Origin: a virus
Taxonomy: Duplodnaviria > Caudoviricetes
DNA: 46,150 nucleotides
Virus record (IMG/VR): IMGVR_UViG_3300046063_000004
Location: 1 to 46,150 of that record
Strand: one strand, 5' to 3'
The notes beneath the pieces are model-generated. The model was not told where the DNA came from, did no database searches, and saw only the letters and a program-made list of their open reading frames with translations. Both the position numbers and the translations under genes were made by a program. Each line of letters starts with the position of its first letter. Position 1 is the stretch's first letter. Below are positions 1 through 8,280 of the stretch, piece after piece.

Positions 1-55
1 GATGGACCGACGCGCAAAACGCCTGGCGAACACTGGAGAGGAAGGTGCCGCTAAG
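1..55. repeat. 55-bp terminal direct repeat, copy 1 (circular assembly overlap)
   Basis: 1-55 is identical to 46096-46150. 55 is a common assembler k-mer length, and an ORF runs through the join. Confidence 0.95.
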
Positions 56-280
56 GATGCGGGCCTTCTCGTCGGGCGTCGTGGATGGGGGGTCGGCCGG
101 CATGGCCGGATGGGGAGTTGGTTGGCCGGCTGAGGCCGTGTCGACGATGTGGCCCCGGTCGGATGCGGTGAAGGTGGGCCAGAAGTTGTCAATATCGTAG
201 GATTGAAACCCGTCGGACTCCGGGGACGGAGAGGAAGCCGACGGATTGTCGATATCCGAGTGGTAGTCATAGATGGGCAT
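1..280 (-). CDS. hypothetical protein, 5' part; spans the contig junction and continues at 46095..45989 (~128 aa, MPIYDYHSDIDN...)
   Basis: ATG at 280 with AAGGAG RBS upstream. The frame stays open across the join to a TAG at 45989-45991. Not in the ORF track. Confidence 0.65.
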   Translation of the reverse strand, partial: MPIYDYHSDIDNPSASSPSPESDGFQSYDIDNFWPTFTASDRGHIVDTASAGQPTPHPAMPADPPSTTPDEKARILSGTFLSSVRQAFCASVH

Positions 281-302
281 GGCAAGCAACTCCTTACGAG
301 GG

Positions 303-581
303 CTAACTCGGGGCGTTGGGCTCGTCGTCAGAGAGGGGGTCGGTGTCGTCGAAGTGGTTGATGTTGTCGTCGTCACCTTCAAAGCCAAACAGGTCGTCAA
401 GCTCGTATTGGGCTTGCAACGAGTTGGCGTTGAGGGTATGTGTACACAACCGCATGAGTCCCTGGGCTGATCGAGGGCCGACTGCCTGCGAGACGGTGAC
501 CACGGCCTCACCAGGGCTGCCAGATCGAATGAACACGACGTGGGTAAACTCGCCGGTTTGATAGCTCTGATACGCAGACAT
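303..581 (-). CDS. hypothetical protein, acidic C-terminus
   Basis: 92-aa ORF with AAGGG RBS, packed between neighbouring minus-strand genes. Confidence 0.6.
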   Translation of the reverse strand: MSAYQSYQTGEFTHVVFIRSGSPGEAVVTVSQAVGPRSAQGLMRLCTHTLNANSLQAQYELDDLFGFEGDDDNINHFDDTDPLSDDEPNAPS

Positions 582-596
582 GTCAGCCCTTGTGTG

Positions 597-1499
597 CTAG
601 CCGGCCTTGTGCAGCACGTAGGCCAAGAACAAAAAGTCCCCAGTCAACGTGTCGTTGTTCTCACCGGGGCGGCGCTCAAACGACAGCAACAGCGGGCCCG
701 GCCCCACAGGGTGCGAGTCAGCATCGGAGACGGGCGCATCGGCGGTCAGAGTGGCCGTGGCCAAGTGATGAGATCGCGTTGACACCGACAGCACGGTGTC
801 GCTGGAGCTTTCCTGGGACAGATCATCACCCGGGCTGGGAGCTAGCCGCCGGTCGCGGATCACGACATCGCCCGAGTTGCCGCTCTGGGAGGTATACCAC
901 AACCCGATGTCGAGAGCGTCCCATTGCGGTGGAACAACGACGATGCCGGCGATCCTGGCTGCGTTGACGTCGTTGAAGGAATAGGCGGTCCAGCGGCCAC
1001 TGACTTGCCTCACCGAGGGGGAGCCTCTGACCACGGCCATATCGCCGGCCCCGAGCACGATGGGGGTGTCGTCGCGCCGGTAGACGTTGAGGTTGCTATG
1101 TGACTGGCTCAACAGATCATGCGGGTCGGGCACCCCACCACCGGCTGTTGCCAGGTCGCGATCGTACACAGGAGCCACATCGGCCAAGTCAATACGGCCG
1201 TTGGCGGCGTCGTGGGGGACCTCGATCGAGTAGGTCCGCCTTGGCTGGCCCTCGATCGACTCGATGACGTAGTAGGTGTTGCCCCGGGGGGACGTGCCGG
1301 GCTCGTCGGTGGCCGCCAAGCCAACCGAGATAGAGCCGTTTGCGTCCAGCTCAACGGAAGTGGTCTGGGCCGCCACGATGACGTTGCCCCCCGAGTCGGT
1401 AATCGGGTGGGCCAACTGGAACGTGACCCCTCCCGAGGCAGGGGCTTGGCTCCCGTCGGGGCGGGTCCAGGTGCCCGTCACGGTGATTGCGGTAACCAT
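597..1499 (-). CDS. putative minor tail / tail-fibre-associated virion protein
   Basis: The N-terminus (VTGTWTRPDG..ASGGVTF...VELDANGSISVGL...TYYVIE...IDLADVAP) resembles the N-terminal module of actinophage tail fibre / minor tail proteins. Confidence 0.6.
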   Translation of the reverse strand: MVTAITVTGTWTRPDGSQAPASGGVTFQLAHPITDSGGNVIVAAQTTSVELDANGSISVGLAATDEPGTSPRGNTYYVIESIEGQPRRTYSIEVPHDAANGRIDLADVAPVYDRDLATAGGGVPDPHDLLSQSHSNLNVYRRDDTPIVLGAGDMAVVRGSPSVRQVSGRWTAYSFNDVNAARIAGIVVVPPQWDALDIGLWYTSQSGNSGDVVIRDRRLAPSPGDDLSQESSSDTVLSVSTRSHHLATATLTADAPVSDADSHPVGPGPLLLSFERRPGENNDTLTGDFLFLAYVLHKAG

Positions 1500-2430
1500 A
1501 AGCGCAGCGTAACCGATGGGGACGGCTCAACAAGAGTTAGCTGGAGCTAGCCCAAGCGGCGCCCCCGAGGAGTCACCGAGTGGTGCTCGAGTGGTGGGAG
1601 CCTGCTCTCAGCGAGCGGATGTAGCAATAGCGCTGCTCGATGCAGCAAAGTTGCCGCAACGACCCTGGCTAGCTAGCTCCAGCGGCCGTCGAGGGATAGG
1701 CGTGAAGCTCGCCCTTCCAACCCCTGTAGCCGTGGTCGTCGTCGCTGCAGCAAGGATACCGCAGAGTGCGGGATGGGATCCCTGGCGGGGTGGTGCAATC
1801 GAGGGGGTGGACATAAGACAATACCGACCTACCCGCCTCGCGGTCCTCTTGGTGCGCGCGTGGGTGGGGGACTAGTGGGGTGGGGGGGTGGATCGAGCTG
1901 ACTAGTGCAGGGGGAGGGTTTACATAATAACTAGGCAGGGGGAGGAGCCTTGAGAGGTTTACAAGTTACAGCTCGCCTGGGTTTACTAGTTATGTTGAGC
2001 TATATCGAACAAACGATCGAAAACAGACTAGTGAAAGCGTATTGGTCGAACGCATGTATCGGACAAAGGGTAAGGAAAGGACAGGGAGAGACAGGGGAAA
2101 GGGTATTTACCCCCTTCCACCTACCTCCAGGGTTCTTATACCGCCCAGTACATCTATCCGGCCTACCAGCGCTGTTATGTCCCCTTGGGCGCACGGTGGC
2201 TCGCGCACTACCGCGACGTACGCGTGTTGGCGCGTAATGCGCGCGCGTTGGGAGATTGCTTAGAAAGAGATTGGCTAGATTGGTTGACAACGGGATGCCA
2301 TGATGCTACGTTGTGAATATCGCAAGGCAGGGAAGCCGGAAGGAAGGGGAACCGCCAACAACCGAACCGCAGGGGAACGGCCAAGCCAAGAGACTCCCCG
2401 CAGACCAGAGCCCACAGAAAGGGGACAACG
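1500..2430. other. divergent non-coding control region; candidate genome end / packaging-initiation region
   Basis: No credible ORF. Lies between the two divergent arms and contains G-tracts, ACTAGT and GGTTTAC repeats. Confidence 0.55.
2284..2312 (+). promoter_or_regulatory. SigA/sigma70-type early promoter P1
   Basis: TTGACA-17 bp-TACGTT with extended -10 TG. Confidence 0.7.
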
Positions 2431-2619
2431 ATGGGGCGGTTGGACGACCACATCATGGGAGAGTTGGCCCAGCTATCCGACATGATCCGTGGCCAACACG
2501 ACTTGCTCACCGAGCCGCTCGATCCTCAAACCCGCGCAGGTGTCCAGCGCACGTACAACGAGACGTGTCAGCGCTACACCCGAGTCCTTGCACAAGCCAA
2601 GCGCATTGGACTGGCCTAG
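2431..2619 (+). CDS. small early hypothetical protein
   Basis: GAAAGGGGAC RBS; first ORF after P1. Confidence 0.7.
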   Translation: MGRLDDHIMGELAQLSDMIRGQHDLLTEPLDPQTRAGVQRTYNETCQRYTRVLAQAKRIGLA

Positions 2620-2710
2620 CTCGCTGAGCGTTGGGTTGCGCACTCGATCGAGTGAGTGCGCTTCCCTGCGCCCAGCAGGGCGTAGACAAGGAACGCGAAA
2701 GGGGATGGCC

Positions 2711-2947
2711 GTGAGCGACGACACAAGGCTCGAGGATACCAAAGCCATCGCAAGCGTCGTTGAGAACAAGCTCAAGCGCCAAGAGCACAGAACCGTATCT
2801 GCCTATGAGTTAGTGATCTACTGGCAGGACAATCGTGATGCCGGACGTGAGCCCATAAGCTACGCGGAGCGTCTGCGCCGGTATCACAAGGCGCAAGGCG
2901 CCTTCGATGAGATTTACAACTTGGCTAAGAGCCTAGGGCTGCGCTAA
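2711..2947 (+). CDS. small early hypothetical protein
   Basis: GAAAGGGG RBS before GTG 2711 (ATG 2705 is an alternative start). Confidence 0.7.
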   Translation: MSDDTRLEDTKAIASVVENKLKRQEHRTVSAYELVIYWQDNRDAGREPISYAERLRRYHKAQGAFDEIYNLAKSLGLR

Positions 2948-2957
2948 GTCGGTCCCT

Positions 2958-2980
2958 GTGTCCGTAATCGCGGGTTTGGG
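2958..2980 (+). repeat. GTGTCCGTAATC intergenic element, copy 1
   Basis: Core 12-mer also at 3360, 3783 and 8244. Confidence 0.85.
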
Positions 2981-3008
2981 AGATAGCGAAACAAGCAAAG
3001 TCCATTGG

Positions 3009-3037
3009 TTGACAATCCCAAACCCGTATGATACACT
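3009..3037 (+). promoter_or_regulatory. SigA-type early promoter P2
   Basis: TTGACA-17 bp-TACACT with extended -10 TG; shares ATTGGTTGACAA with P1. Confidence 0.8.
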
Positions 3038-3089
3038 AGTAGCACACAAGGGGAACCGCAAGGTAAGGAAGACACAGAAAGGGGACATC

Positions 3090-3344
3090 ATGTTGTGTGA
3101 CGAATACGACGACGAGCTGTACGAGCAAACCGCGCGTGGTGTGCTCGCGCTTAAGCGTGAGCGCGCCAACGAGGCCTATACCCAAGCCGAGAGGGACTAT
3201 CGCAACACCAACGTCGATCCCTGGGGTCAGCTCACAGTCAACCTAGAGCGCGCAGCACAGCGTTACACGACCCTCGCGTATCTCATCGAGACGATCGACG
3301 ATATACATGACGCCTTGCTTGTCGATGGCAGAGACGACGACTAG
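3090..3344 (+). CDS. small acidic early protein
   Basis: GAAAGGGGAC RBS, ATG 3090, downstream of P2. Confidence 0.75.
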   Translation: MLCDEYDDELYEQTARGVLALKRERANEAYTQAERDYRNTNVDPWGQLTVNLERAAQRYTTLAYLIETIDDIHDALLVDGRDDD

Positions 3345-3359
3345 CTACGGACGTATCCG

Positions 3360-3383
3360 GTGTCCGTAATCCGAGGTTTTGGG
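3360..3383 (+). repeat. GTGTCCGTAATCCGAGGTTTTGGG element, copy 2
   Basis: 24/24 identical to 8244-8267. Confidence 0.9.
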
Positions 3384-3423
3384 TTACGGCGCACACAAGG
3401 GGATGCAAGTGAAAGGGGACACC

Positions 3424-3792
3424 ATGCGAGATCGACGCTATCGCGCAACCGTACGCTATCTGTCACGTAGCGGTGGCTTGGTGCCGTGCTCACGTTATGG
3501 GGCAACCGGGCCGGAGTGCGCGGTTGTGGCTGCCCTTGTCGATGCGATCATCGAAAAAGACAGCGGCGAACCGCGCTCAGCACATAGCGCAGCCACGATC
3601 ATGGGATACGTCGTTAACGACTCGGATGATCCCGCCGTGACCATCGTCAAGGATGGCCCTGCGCATGGGATCAATCCGTACGATTGGCTAGACGACAATG
3701 TCGTAGAGGACACACTCTCTCTGTTGTCGGTGCTCTATGACGATGACGCTGGACACGATGCGAGGAAAGCGCTTCGCTTGATGTGTCCGTAA
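3424..3792 (+). CDS. early hypothetical protein
   Basis: GAAAGGGGAC RBS, ATG 3424. Confidence 0.75.
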   Translation: MRDRRYRATVRYLSRSGGLVPCSRYGATGPECAVVAALVDAIIEKDSGEPRSAHSAATIMGYVVNDSDDPAVTIVKDGPAHGINPYDWLDDNVVEDTLSLLSVLYDDDAGHDARKALRLMCP

Positions 3793-3806
3793 TCGGTCGT
3801 TAGGGG
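3783..3806 (+). repeat. GTGTCCGTAATC element, copy 3 (supplies the TAA stop of the upstream gene)
   Basis: Core 12-mer match. Confidence 0.8.
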
Positions 3807-3813
3807 GATAGAT

Positions 3814-4023
3814 ATGGACATCGCCAAGCTCAAGCGCGCAGCTGCAGGGGCTGCCTTGATGGGCGACGATCAGACCTATCAACGCCTAGAGCAGGCCCTG
3901 GGCCGGCCCATCGTGGTCGACCTAGAGACCGTACGGGCCCATAGACAAGCTCACATAGCCGCGTATGCCAAAGCTCAAGCTCTAGAGGCCCTTGGGGTGG
4001 CCCTGGCCGACCTAGAGCGCTGA
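3814..4023 (+). CDS. small early hypothetical protein
   Basis: AGGGGG RBS; 69 aa, predicted helical. Confidence 0.7.
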   Translation: MDIAKLKRAAAGAALMGDDQTYQRLEQALGRPIVVDLETVRAHRQAHIAAYAKAQALEALGVALADLER

Positions 4024-4055
4024 GAGGGCACTCATCGACGCAGAAAGGGGATGGC

Positions 4056-4343
4056 ATGACTGAGGGAGACACACGCCTTCGCGCCCACGCCCATGGGCCG
4101 GGCAGGGTCGGTGGTGATCCCAAGATCGCCATCACCCAGGAGATACGGCCACACCGCAACGAGCAATGGCACCAGCAGCCCCCGGTGGCGTGGCTGCCGT
4201 GGACCTACACCGACGGCGGCTTGGCCGATGGTCCCGACACCGTGTTGGCCAAGCACGGCTACTGCGTGGCTGCGATGTGTGAGTGGAAGACCGCCAACAA
4301 CGGTACCAAACTCGTTGCCACCGTCATAGAAAAATCCGGCTAA
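4056..4343 (+). CDS. early protein, member of the paralogous P[EK]I..WP..L..G[WY] family
   Basis: GAAAGGGG RBS; motif pattern shared with the 4447, 5107 and 5666 genes. Confidence 0.75.
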   Translation: MTEGDTRLRAHAHGPGRVGGDPKIAITQEIRPHRNEQWHQQPPVAWLPWTYTDGGLADGPDTVLAKHGYCVAAMCEWKTANNGTKLVATVIEKSG

Positions 4344-4352
4344 GCCTACTCC

Positions 4353-4387
4353 GTCCCCCGCCTCTGTGTCCCCTTGGGGCGGGGGAC
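4353..4387 (+). terminator. GC-rich stem-loop (terminator/attenuator-like)
   Basis: GTCCCCCGCC...GGCGGGGGAC 10-bp stem right after a stop codon; no U-tract. Confidence 0.5.
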
Positions 4388-4446
4388 CCTCCCAAAAAGC
4401 ACAAGAACACACAGGGGACAGTTCCACACACGCGAAAGGGGATAGG

Positions 4447-5016
4447 ATGACCACACGGTACTACGCCAAGGCCAGCGACTACCAAAACAAGAACTGGGGC
4501 CTTGCGCCCGAGGTCAAGGTCATCGAGCAGCGCTGGTCGCATGAGTCCGGGTGGGAGGCCACTGGAGCCGTGTGGCGCACTGACTGGCCGTATTGGGCAG
4601 ACGGCGTCACCGACATGGTGGTCTTCGAGGAAGCCGACGTTGTCCTAGAGCGCATGGGATGGCAACGCCTCGCGGGTCGCGATTGGATCCATCACGGCTA
4701 CGGATATCTCGTCGATGTCAAGCCCTTAGACCCATTCACCAGGTATCGCCATTACGCCACGGCAATCGAGGCAATCGGCGAGTTTGAGCCAGAGATTGTT
4801 GTTTTCCGGGAGGGGTGGTGCGAAGAGACCCGAGAATGGGAGCCGGACTGCATCCCCGATCGGTTCACCTGCCGGGAACGGCTCAACGGCGACGAGACCG
4901 ACGTGTTCGTTTTTGACGCCTGCCTTGGGCGCATGGGATGGCAAGTCGACGAGGACGACAGTTGGAAACCAATGGGGTTTGGCTATCAAGCCAACGTTGA
5001 GCCGCGTACCGAGTAG
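4447..5016 (+). CDS. early protein with two tandem copies of the paralogous domain
   Basis: GAAAGGGGA RBS; internal duplication (LERMGWQ...GYGYLVDVKP / LGRMGWQ...GFGYQANVEP). Confidence 0.8.
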   Translation: MTTRYYAKASDYQNKNWGLAPEVKVIEQRWSHESGWEATGAVWRTDWPYWADGVTDMVVFEEADVVLERMGWQRLAGRDWIHHGYGYLVDVKPLDPFTRYRHYATAIEAIGEFEPEIVVFREGWCEETREWEPDCIPDRFTCRERLNGDETDVFVFDACLGRMGWQVDEDDSWKPMGFGYQANVEPRTE

Positions 5017-5047
5017 TCCCGCCGCTATCACGCAAGTTGGGTTGGCT

Positions 5048-5071
5048 GGCGCCCCTGCCCCCTGGGGCGCC
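5048..5071 (+). terminator. intergenic stem-loop
   Basis: GGCGCCCC...GGGGCGCC stem between genes. Confidence 0.45.
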
Positions 5072-5106
5072 AACCTCCCCTACTCTCCCGATAGAAAGGT
5101 TAGACC

Positions 5107-5403
5107 GTGGAGGAGTATGTCGCCAAGCCTGTCCGACACTGCGCAGACGGGCCCAAGATCCTTATCGTGCGCAAGCTCGCCCGTCACTTCGGTCAAACCC
5201 AGCTCGCCCTTGACTGGCCCTGTGACGACGACGGCTTTCCTATCCAGCCGGCAACCGCGTGTCTGCGTCGCAGGGGCTACGTCGTCGAGAACGTCCACGC
5301 GCCGAATGGGCTGGACGCCAACCTCGAGCTTGTCCTTCGCCTACCCGGGCCCAAGGAACTGCAGGTGCTGCCCTACCCGGATCCCAAAGGGGCGCTCTGG
5401 TGA
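5107..5403 (+). CDS. early protein, divergent member of the paralogous family
   Basis: GAAAGG RBS, GTG start; PKILI...DWPCDDDG...ACLRRRGY. Confidence 0.7.
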   Translation: MEEYVAKPVRHCADGPKILIVRKLARHFGQTQLALDWPCDDDGFPIQPATACLRRRGYVVENVHAPNGLDANLELVLRLPGPKELQVLPYPDPKGALW

Positions 5404-5600
5404 CAGACGAAAGCGTTGATCTTGATCCGTGCCCACAAGGCAACTGCCTGGACCTGGCTACCCACGAGGTCGTCGTCACTAGCCACAACTCAACGGTGAG
5501 GATCGGCCCCGTGTGTGTCGACCATGCCCAACAGCGCCTAGCGCAAGCCTACCTCCAGCATAACGATCACGTCAAAGTCGAGATAGAGATAGTCGCATGA
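5400..5600 (+). CDS. small putative Zn-binding protein
   Basis: GTGA overlap with the upstream stop; CPQGNC...CVDH pattern. Confidence 0.6.
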   Translation: MTDESVDLDPCPQGNCLDLATHEVVVTSHNSTVRIGPVCVDHAQQRLAQAYLQHNDHVKVEIEIVA

Positions 5601-5629
5601 TTGACAACTTGACTTTGGCATGATACAAT
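5601..5629 (+). promoter_or_regulatory. SigA-type early promoter P3
   Basis: TTGACA-17 bp-TACAAT with extended -10 TG. Confidence 0.85.
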
Positions 5630-5665
5630 AGAGCCTAGAAAGGGACACGCGAGAAAGGGGACTCC

Positions 5666-5962
5666 GTGACCGAGCTGGTGCGCTACGTCGTCGATGCCAT
5701 CGCCTCCGAGGACGACGACGACAACGTCCCCGAGATCGTCATCGCTGCGGCCCAGTGGAACGCATCCGACGAGATATGGGAGTACACGGGTGATGTCGTG
5801 GCCCAAGCCGAGTGGCCTTACGAGGACGACAAGGTTGGCAGCGATCTCGTCGACGTCGAGGGAGTCTTGGACGAGATGGGATGGCACATCGTTGGTGAGG
5901 TGTGGGAGTCTACTGGCTTTGGCGCCGTCACCGTTGTGGAGCCGACCAACTCACACACATAA
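5666..5962 (+). CDS. very acidic early protein, member of the paralogous family
   Basis: GAAAGGGGAC RBS; PEIVI..W...W...EWPY...VLDEMGW...W..TGFG...VEP. Confidence 0.8.
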   Translation: MTELVRYVVDAIASEDDDDNVPEIVIAAAQWNASDEIWEYTGDVVAQAEWPYEDDKVGSDLVDVEGVLDEMGWHIVGEVWESTGFGAVTVVEPTNSHT

Positions 5963-5983
5963 GGAACGCAGAAAGGGGACATC

Positions 5984-6724
5984 ATGACTGAGCATCACGA
6001 CATTCTCATTGAGACTGTTCGGGACTTTGCCAGGGACTACAACGCCCTAGAGGACACCATCACGCTCCAACTTGGGCGGCGACAAGTCCGGGTCCCTCCA
6101 ACGAGCATCCGGGTCTGTCCCAAGGGAGACCACTTGATCGTGGCGCATCGCTGGCAACAGCTCTGTGATCATTGTCGCCAAGGCATCAAGGCGGGGGCAG
6201 TAGGGCTCGCGCATCACTTCACTGACAATCCTTCCCCTCGCTGTATCGACGGGGCGCATTGCTGGCAGCATTTTTGCGGTGAGGCCATGCCGCCTACGGA
6301 GCATGTCGTTGATCTTGACGATGACCAGGCCCAAGTGATGCTCAAAGACCACGTTGATGCGGCCGAGCGGCAAGCTCGCAAGGAAGACAGTCACGTTGAG
6401 GTATTAGTTGACGAGGCTATCAATGACCTCGCCGAGTGGTTCGTCAAGAAAGCCCTGGTTGAGTTGCATGATCAGGTCGCCGATGAGCAACAGCAGGCAG
6501 CCGAGGGGATCAGGCAACGCCTACTGGGTAAGCTGCGCTCGAAGTTGGATCGGGTCGAGCAGGGTTATTCCGTCGAGGATCTGGACCTGGCACACCCTCT
6601 CGACCCTGGTGTGCACTACGAGGACGGCGGGTTCGACGCGTGGGACATCGACCCGCGCGGGGGCCACGGAGGTCCCATCGTCGTTACCCCAAGCGACTTG
6701 GACCGTGACGGCAACTCGTCGTAA
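5984..6724 (+). CDS. early hypothetical protein (Cys/His cluster plus coiled coil)
   Basis: GAAAGGGGAC RBS; 246 aa; CDHC and HCWQHFC motifs. Confidence 0.75.
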   Translation: MTEHHDILIETVRDFARDYNALEDTITLQLGRRQVRVPPTSIRVCPKGDHLIVAHRWQQLCDHCRQGIKAGAVGLAHHFTDNPSPRCIDGAHCWQHFCGEAMPPTEHVVDLDDDQAQVMLKDHVDAAERQARKEDSHVEVLVDEAINDLAEWFVKKALVELHDQVADEQQQAAEGIRQRLLGKLRSKLDRVEQGYSVEDLDLAHPLDPGVHYEDGGFDAWDIDPRGGHGGPIVVTPSDLDRDGNSS

Positions 6725-6748
6725 AACGCGCCACACACAAGGCAGGGG

Positions 6749-7066
6749 ATGGCCATGTTCTTCGATATCTTAGAGATCATTTTCCTTGTGATCGTCATAT
6801 CTTTCTCGACGGCCGTTGCCATCTGGGCGGTTGGCTCATTCGCACTGTGTGTGGGGGGTGCTGTGGCTCTTCTCATTCATATCCCGAGGATGGAGATCAA
6901 AAATCGACGGTGGTGTGATCACTGCCAATGCACCACGTTCTCAAAGATCGACATCATTAGGGGTTCGGAAGTTGTTGATGGGCAACGAAGGCCTTCTGAC
7001 AGGGAAACGCTTTGTTGCAAGCGTTGTCGTCGTGATCATCACGACAAACCGAGTGCCCGTCTATAG
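6749..7066 (+). CDS. membrane-anchored Zn-ribbon protein
   Basis: Long hydrophobic N-terminus, then CDHCQC...CCKRC; lower GC. Confidence 0.65.
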   Translation: MAMFFDILEIIFLVIVISFSTAVAIWAVGSFALCVGGAVALLIHIPRMEIKNRRWCDHCQCTTFSKIDIIRGSEVVDGQRRPSDRETLCCKRCRRDHHDKPSARL

Positions 7067-7081
7067 AGAAAGGAACGTGCG

Positions 7082-7855
7082 ATGACACCCACGCAGACGC
7101 TACGGGTCCTTGATCACATGCTGTGTGAGTCAATGAGCCTGTACTACTCAACCGACAAGGAAAAGGCGCCGATGGCCAAGCGACGCCAGCTCGCCGCCGA
7201 GCCTTACGGCTGGCTCAGTGGCAGCCGCAACGAGTGCTGGCCGGTCGTGTCCACCTTCCATTTTCTCAAGGATCGCTTGGAATACGATCGGGTTGAGACT
7301 AGGGATTTATACCAGTTCTGTTTTTATAACAGTGGAAGCACTCTCGACGAGGTGGTCTATCGGTGGGGCCGGATACGCGAGCTGGGCGAGGCTGTTGCCT
7401 CTCACACCCTGAGCGATGCGCACCCGTTGGACCACGACTTTCGGTGGTGGGTGTTCGACGAGGGTGAGGTGGGCGATCAGATCGCGGTAGTCCAGACGTG
7501 TGATGAGCTTGGTTTGACCCCGAGTACGCCCTTTGCCTTCCGAGTGAGCCAGCTAGAGGACTTTTTCTCTTTTCGTCGAGCCATCGTGCACTGCTTAGAC
7601 GATCTCCCCGCAGAGCGTCAATACACCCACGTCTTTGAGTTCACAGGCGACCAATGGGAGGAGTACATCGTGACGAACGAGGGTTGGCAGCCCAACCCTC
7701 ATGGCGACAATCCGTTTACCAATGTCACGTCGTTGGGAGAGGAGGAAAAGCTGCCCGACGATCCTGGTGGCGTAATCTCCTACGACCCCGATTGGGGGGT
7801 GTATTACTGTCCTCGCTGCTCACACGAGCTTGATGTCGAAGCGCCTGGGCTATAA
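7082..7855 (+). CDS. early hypothetical protein with C-terminal CPRC
   Basis: GAAAGGA RBS; 257 aa, acidic. Confidence 0.75.
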   Translation: MTPTQTLRVLDHMLCESMSLYYSTDKEKAPMAKRRQLAAEPYGWLSGSRNECWPVVSTFHFLKDRLEYDRVETRDLYQFCFYNSGSTLDEVVYRWGRIRELGEAVASHTLSDAHPLDHDFRWWVFDEGEVGDQIAVVQTCDELGLTPSTPFAFRVSQLEDFFSFRRAIVHCLDDLPAERQYTHVFEFTGDQWEEYIVTNEGWQPNPHGDNPFTNVTSLGEEEKLPDDPGGVISYDPDWGVYYCPRCSHELDVEAPGL

Positions 7856-7886
7856 ACGAGCTGATCGCTGCAGAAAGGATCAGGGC

Positions 7887-8240
7887 ATGGATTGCCACGA
7901 CGTCGGGGCTCACCTGCGATATGGGCTGACGGCCTGGATCGAGCGGCCCGATACGGGCGACGAGTGCGCTGGTCTCATCGAGCGCACGTTGCGCCAGTGG
8001 CTGGTGGACGCCTCGGGTGGGGTCTCCACGGGCGATCTCGTCGAACTGGTAACTATCGGACGTGTGTCAGTCGGGGTATGGTGTCACCAGGAGGTTGCAC
8101 CGACGATCTTGCTTGCTCTAGGACATGCGAACTTGTCCAGGATGTATATCGAGATGCAACCGTTGTTCTTTGAGTTCCAAACGGCTATGTGTCTTTTGGT
8201 CGTCTATCCATTCACCTATACCCCAGAGGAAGCCAACTAG
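7887..8240 (+). CDS. early hypothetical protein
   Basis: GAAAGGA RBS before ATG 7887. Confidence 0.65.
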   Translation: MDCHDVGAHLRYGLTAWIERPDTGDECAGLIERTLRQWLVDASGGVSTGDLVELVTIGRVSVGVWCHQEVAPTILLALGHANLSRMYIEMQPLFFEFQTAMCLLVVYPFTYTPEEAN

Positions 8241-8243
8241 CTA

Positions 8244-8267
8244 GTGTCCGTAATCCGAGGTTTTGGG
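8244..8267 (+). repeat. GTGTCCGTAATCCGAGGTTTTGGG element, copy 4
   Basis: Identical to 3360-3383; sits between a stop codon and the next RBS. Confidence 0.9.
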
Positions 8268-8280
8268 GAAAGGGGACTTT

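Noticed and set aside
1516-2290. ORF-track ORFs in the control region (1516..1875, 1608..1814, 1950..2237, 2000..2290)
   Set aside because: No convincing RBS, atypical codon use and no protein-like motifs.
2958-8267. GTGTCCGTAATC repeats as a CRISPR array linked to the Cas4-like gene
   Set aside because: The copies are separated by whole genes (0.4-4.5 kb), not 30-40-nt spacers. Cas4-like nucleases are routine in phage recombination modules.
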